Below are positions 23,997-26,425 of a stretch of 26,425 nucleotides of DNA, one piece after another (within the stretch, counting starts at the first letter, position 1; every line of letters begins with the position of its first letter). The position numbers were made by a program, and so were the translations under genes. The notes below the pieces were generated by a model. The model was not told the DNA's origin. It saw nothing but the letters and a program-made list of their open reading frames with translations, and ran no database searches. The stretch covers positions 777,215 through 803,639 of the forward strand of contig JAWQFM010000025.1 in assembly GCA_033442325.1 (NCBI GenBank), written 5' to 3'. This DNA comes from Salpingoeca rosetta. Lineage: Eukaryota > Protista > Choanoflagellata.

Positions 23997-24435
23997 GGGG
24001 TAGTGGGAGCTCTACTGTTGTGTGTGTGTGTGCGTGATAATATGTGGATGGACGTTTCTTCGTCCTGCTCTTGTATCCTTTGCAACACATTCCTCGCATG
24101 CGGGTTGGCGCGCAATTGACAGTTCTCTGCCTCCCTGCCCCGCCCTCCTTTCTACCTTGCTGTATTCATATATGCGTCATGGCTTGCCGATAGGGCTATG
24201 CTCTCGTGGAGTATGAGCAGCAGGAGGAGGCAGCACGCGCCGTCTCAGAGGTGCGGCAGCAGTGGTTTGGAGTGCAAGCTTCAGGCGGGGGATGGAGTGC
24301 TGGCAACGTTGTTGTTTGCATGTTCTCGTGTCCGTGTGTGTGTGTTCTTGTGTTCGGTTGTGTGTTCTTGTATTTGATTCGCACAAGCTGTCCCCTTCTC
24401 CCCTGTTGCTCCAATGCTCACCCCTACGCCCTACG

Positions 24436-24485
<50 letters not shown>

Positions 24486-24896
24486 TGTGTGTGTGTGCGT
24501 GCGTGTGTGTGTGTGTATGTGTGTGTGTGCGTGCGTGTGTGTGTGCTGCCTTTCAGGGCACGGGCCAGGAAGTGCTGGGGCAGGAGGTGACGGTCAACTG
24601 GGCGTTTGTTCGCGGCAACAAGGGCGGTCGCGGGTACGTGCACATGCTTACTACTGCTGATGCTGCTGCTGCTTGTTGAGTTTGCGTGTGTGTGTGTGTA
24701 TGTGGGAGTGTATGTGTGTGTGTGTGTGTGTTTGTGTGGGGGGGGGGGTCTGTGTGTCTGTGTGTCTGTGTGTCTGTGCGTCTGAGTAGCTTCGCTTGCC
24801 AGCGCTGCATTCAACCCCAACCCCGGCTCACTAATCACCACCTCCACAACCACTCATCGCGCTTGCATGCGCAGCCGTGGCGGCCGCTTCCGCTAA
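22792..24896 (+). CDS. RBM8A: RNA-binding protein 8A / Y14 (exon junction complex), 143 aa, 8 exons
   Basis: Exons 22792-22844, 23111-23157, 23280-23318, 23467-23531, 23848-23919, 24194-24250, 24557-24633, 24875-24896, all phase-consistent (432 nt). Translation includes [57 protein letters not shown]...VNWAFVRG, the Y14 signature. Confidence 0.97.
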
Positions 24897-24908
24897 GCAC
24901 CACCGTTC

Positions 24909-24980
<72 letters not shown>

Positions 24981-25401
24981 CGTGATGTATGACTGCAATC
25001 ACCCATGTTATGCTCGTGTTGTCGTGTGTCACTTGTGCTGTACGTGCGTGTGGTGTGCTGTTGTCTTGTTTCACTTTGTTGCTTTGTTGCAGCTTGCACT
25101 TGTGTGTGTGTGTGTGTGTCCTCCGTGAAATAGAGCACAAAGTTCTGTGATGTGACGAAACATACCGACTCTTTCTCAGCCAAACTGTTTCGCACGTACA
25201 CCAATCGGGATGGCCACCAAGGAGCAACCAAACACGGTTGCGACCAGCATCTGCAACCAAGCACACACCCATCAAGCACGAGTGCTCTCGTGTCGGGTTG
25301 GTGACATCGATTGTGGGGTGTTCGTGTTTATGGAGGAGTTGATGTCAAAACCAGAAACTCAAACTCGCATGCGTTCGCTTTGAATGAAACGCTTCAAACG
25401 T

Positions 25402-25450
25402 GGTGTTGTTATGTTGTTGTTATGTAGTTGTTGTTGTTATGTAGTTGTAG

Positions 25451-25537
<87 letters not shown>

Positions 25538-25551
25538 TTGTTGTTGTTGTT
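25402..25551. repeat. (GTT)n microsatellite between the convergent RBM8A and QDPR 3' ends
   Basis: Directly visible. Confidence 0.9.
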
Positions 25552-25682
25552 TGTGCTAATGAGCGCACGACACGTGCTTGAGAGAGAGAGTGTGTGTGTG
25601 TATGTGTGTGTGTGTGCAACAACGTGAACATGCATCATCATACCATCACACCACCATCACACCACCGTGGCCACGGCCACCA

Positions 25683-26101
25683 TCACTCGACGACGACGCT
25701 TGTTTCCGAGTTCTTGGTGATGATCTGTGCAAGCGAGCCGCTCGCTGGGCGCTCCCCGGTCACCCACCCGTGGAACAGGCTGACCACGCACACAGGGAGT
25801 TGTTGAAGAGGGAAGATGAGGGGGGTGATTGTGTGTACGCGAATGCATCGGGAAAACACAACGTACGAGGACGTACACAGAGAGACAGAGACAGAGAGAG
25901 AGAGAGAGACGAAGACGTCGCCACAGAAAGAGAAAGAAAGAAAGGGAAGACGCAAACATCGACACACACACACACATGCACTTGCACACACACACACACA
26001 CACACACGTGTGCATACCTTGCGACGGCGCCGAGTGGGGTCCAGGCGGACGTGTCCGCGTCCTTCATGAACTTGCGGTTCATGGGCGTGTCAAGCGTGAT
26101 C
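25683..26101 (-). CDS. QDPR: Dihydropteridine reductase, last two exons; the rest lies beyond the window end
   Basis: Exons 26018-26101 and 25683-25779 give ITLDTPMNRKFMKDADTSAWTPLGAVASLFHGWVTGERPASGSLAQIITKNSETSVVVE*, matching the QDPR C-terminus TLDTPMNRK.MP.AD.SSWTPL......F..W......P.SGSL. Confidence 0.93.
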
Positions 26102-26358
26102 CTGGTGGCGGCGTCGATGGTGGAGGGTGAATGGTGATGGTGAAGGGGTGAATGGGGGGACGTGAGAGAAGAAGAGAAGGAATCGCAGAGTCGCGAGTTG
26201 AAAGATTGGGATGATCAGTGGCAGATGGCCACAGGAGTAGATATCATCATGAAACAACACGACACGACACACCGCGTCATCACCACCACCACCACCACCA
26301 CCACCATAAACAACATCTTCTCCCACCACCTCCTTCTCATCTACTCCCCCCCCCCAAC

Positions 26359-26360
<2 letters not shown>

Positions 26361-26425
<65 letters not shown>
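26361..26425. repeat. (CA)n in a QDPR intron
   Basis: Perfect run to the window end. Confidence 0.9.

Overview
Eukaryotic genomic DNA with many small exons and short GT-AG introns filled with (CA)n/(GT)n/(GTT)n microsatellites. This style and the phosphotyrosine-domain content suggest a choanoflagellate such as Salpingoeca rosetta (inference). Manual splicing with phase checks gives five genes: (1) the 3' half of CLUAP1/IFT38 (+); (2) an almost intronless WD40-propeller plus TRP-type 6TM channel gene (+), with a +1 frame break at an in-frame TGA inside WD40 blade 2 and a transmembrane hairpin inserted in blade 5; (3) one ~14-kb, ~33-34-exon gene (-) encoding a ~1,830-1,880 aa protein, ANK x3 - cyclic-nucleotide-binding - REM - RA/ubiquitin-like - CDC25 RasGEF - PTB - SH2 - SH2 - polyQ tail - PDZ ligand; (4) RBM8A/Y14 (+); (5) the 3' end of QDPR (-). 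Most ORFs in the supplied track are microsatellite or antisense artefacts. The most interesting items are the Epac-like GEF fused to phosphotyrosine readers and the frame-broken WD40-TRP channel.
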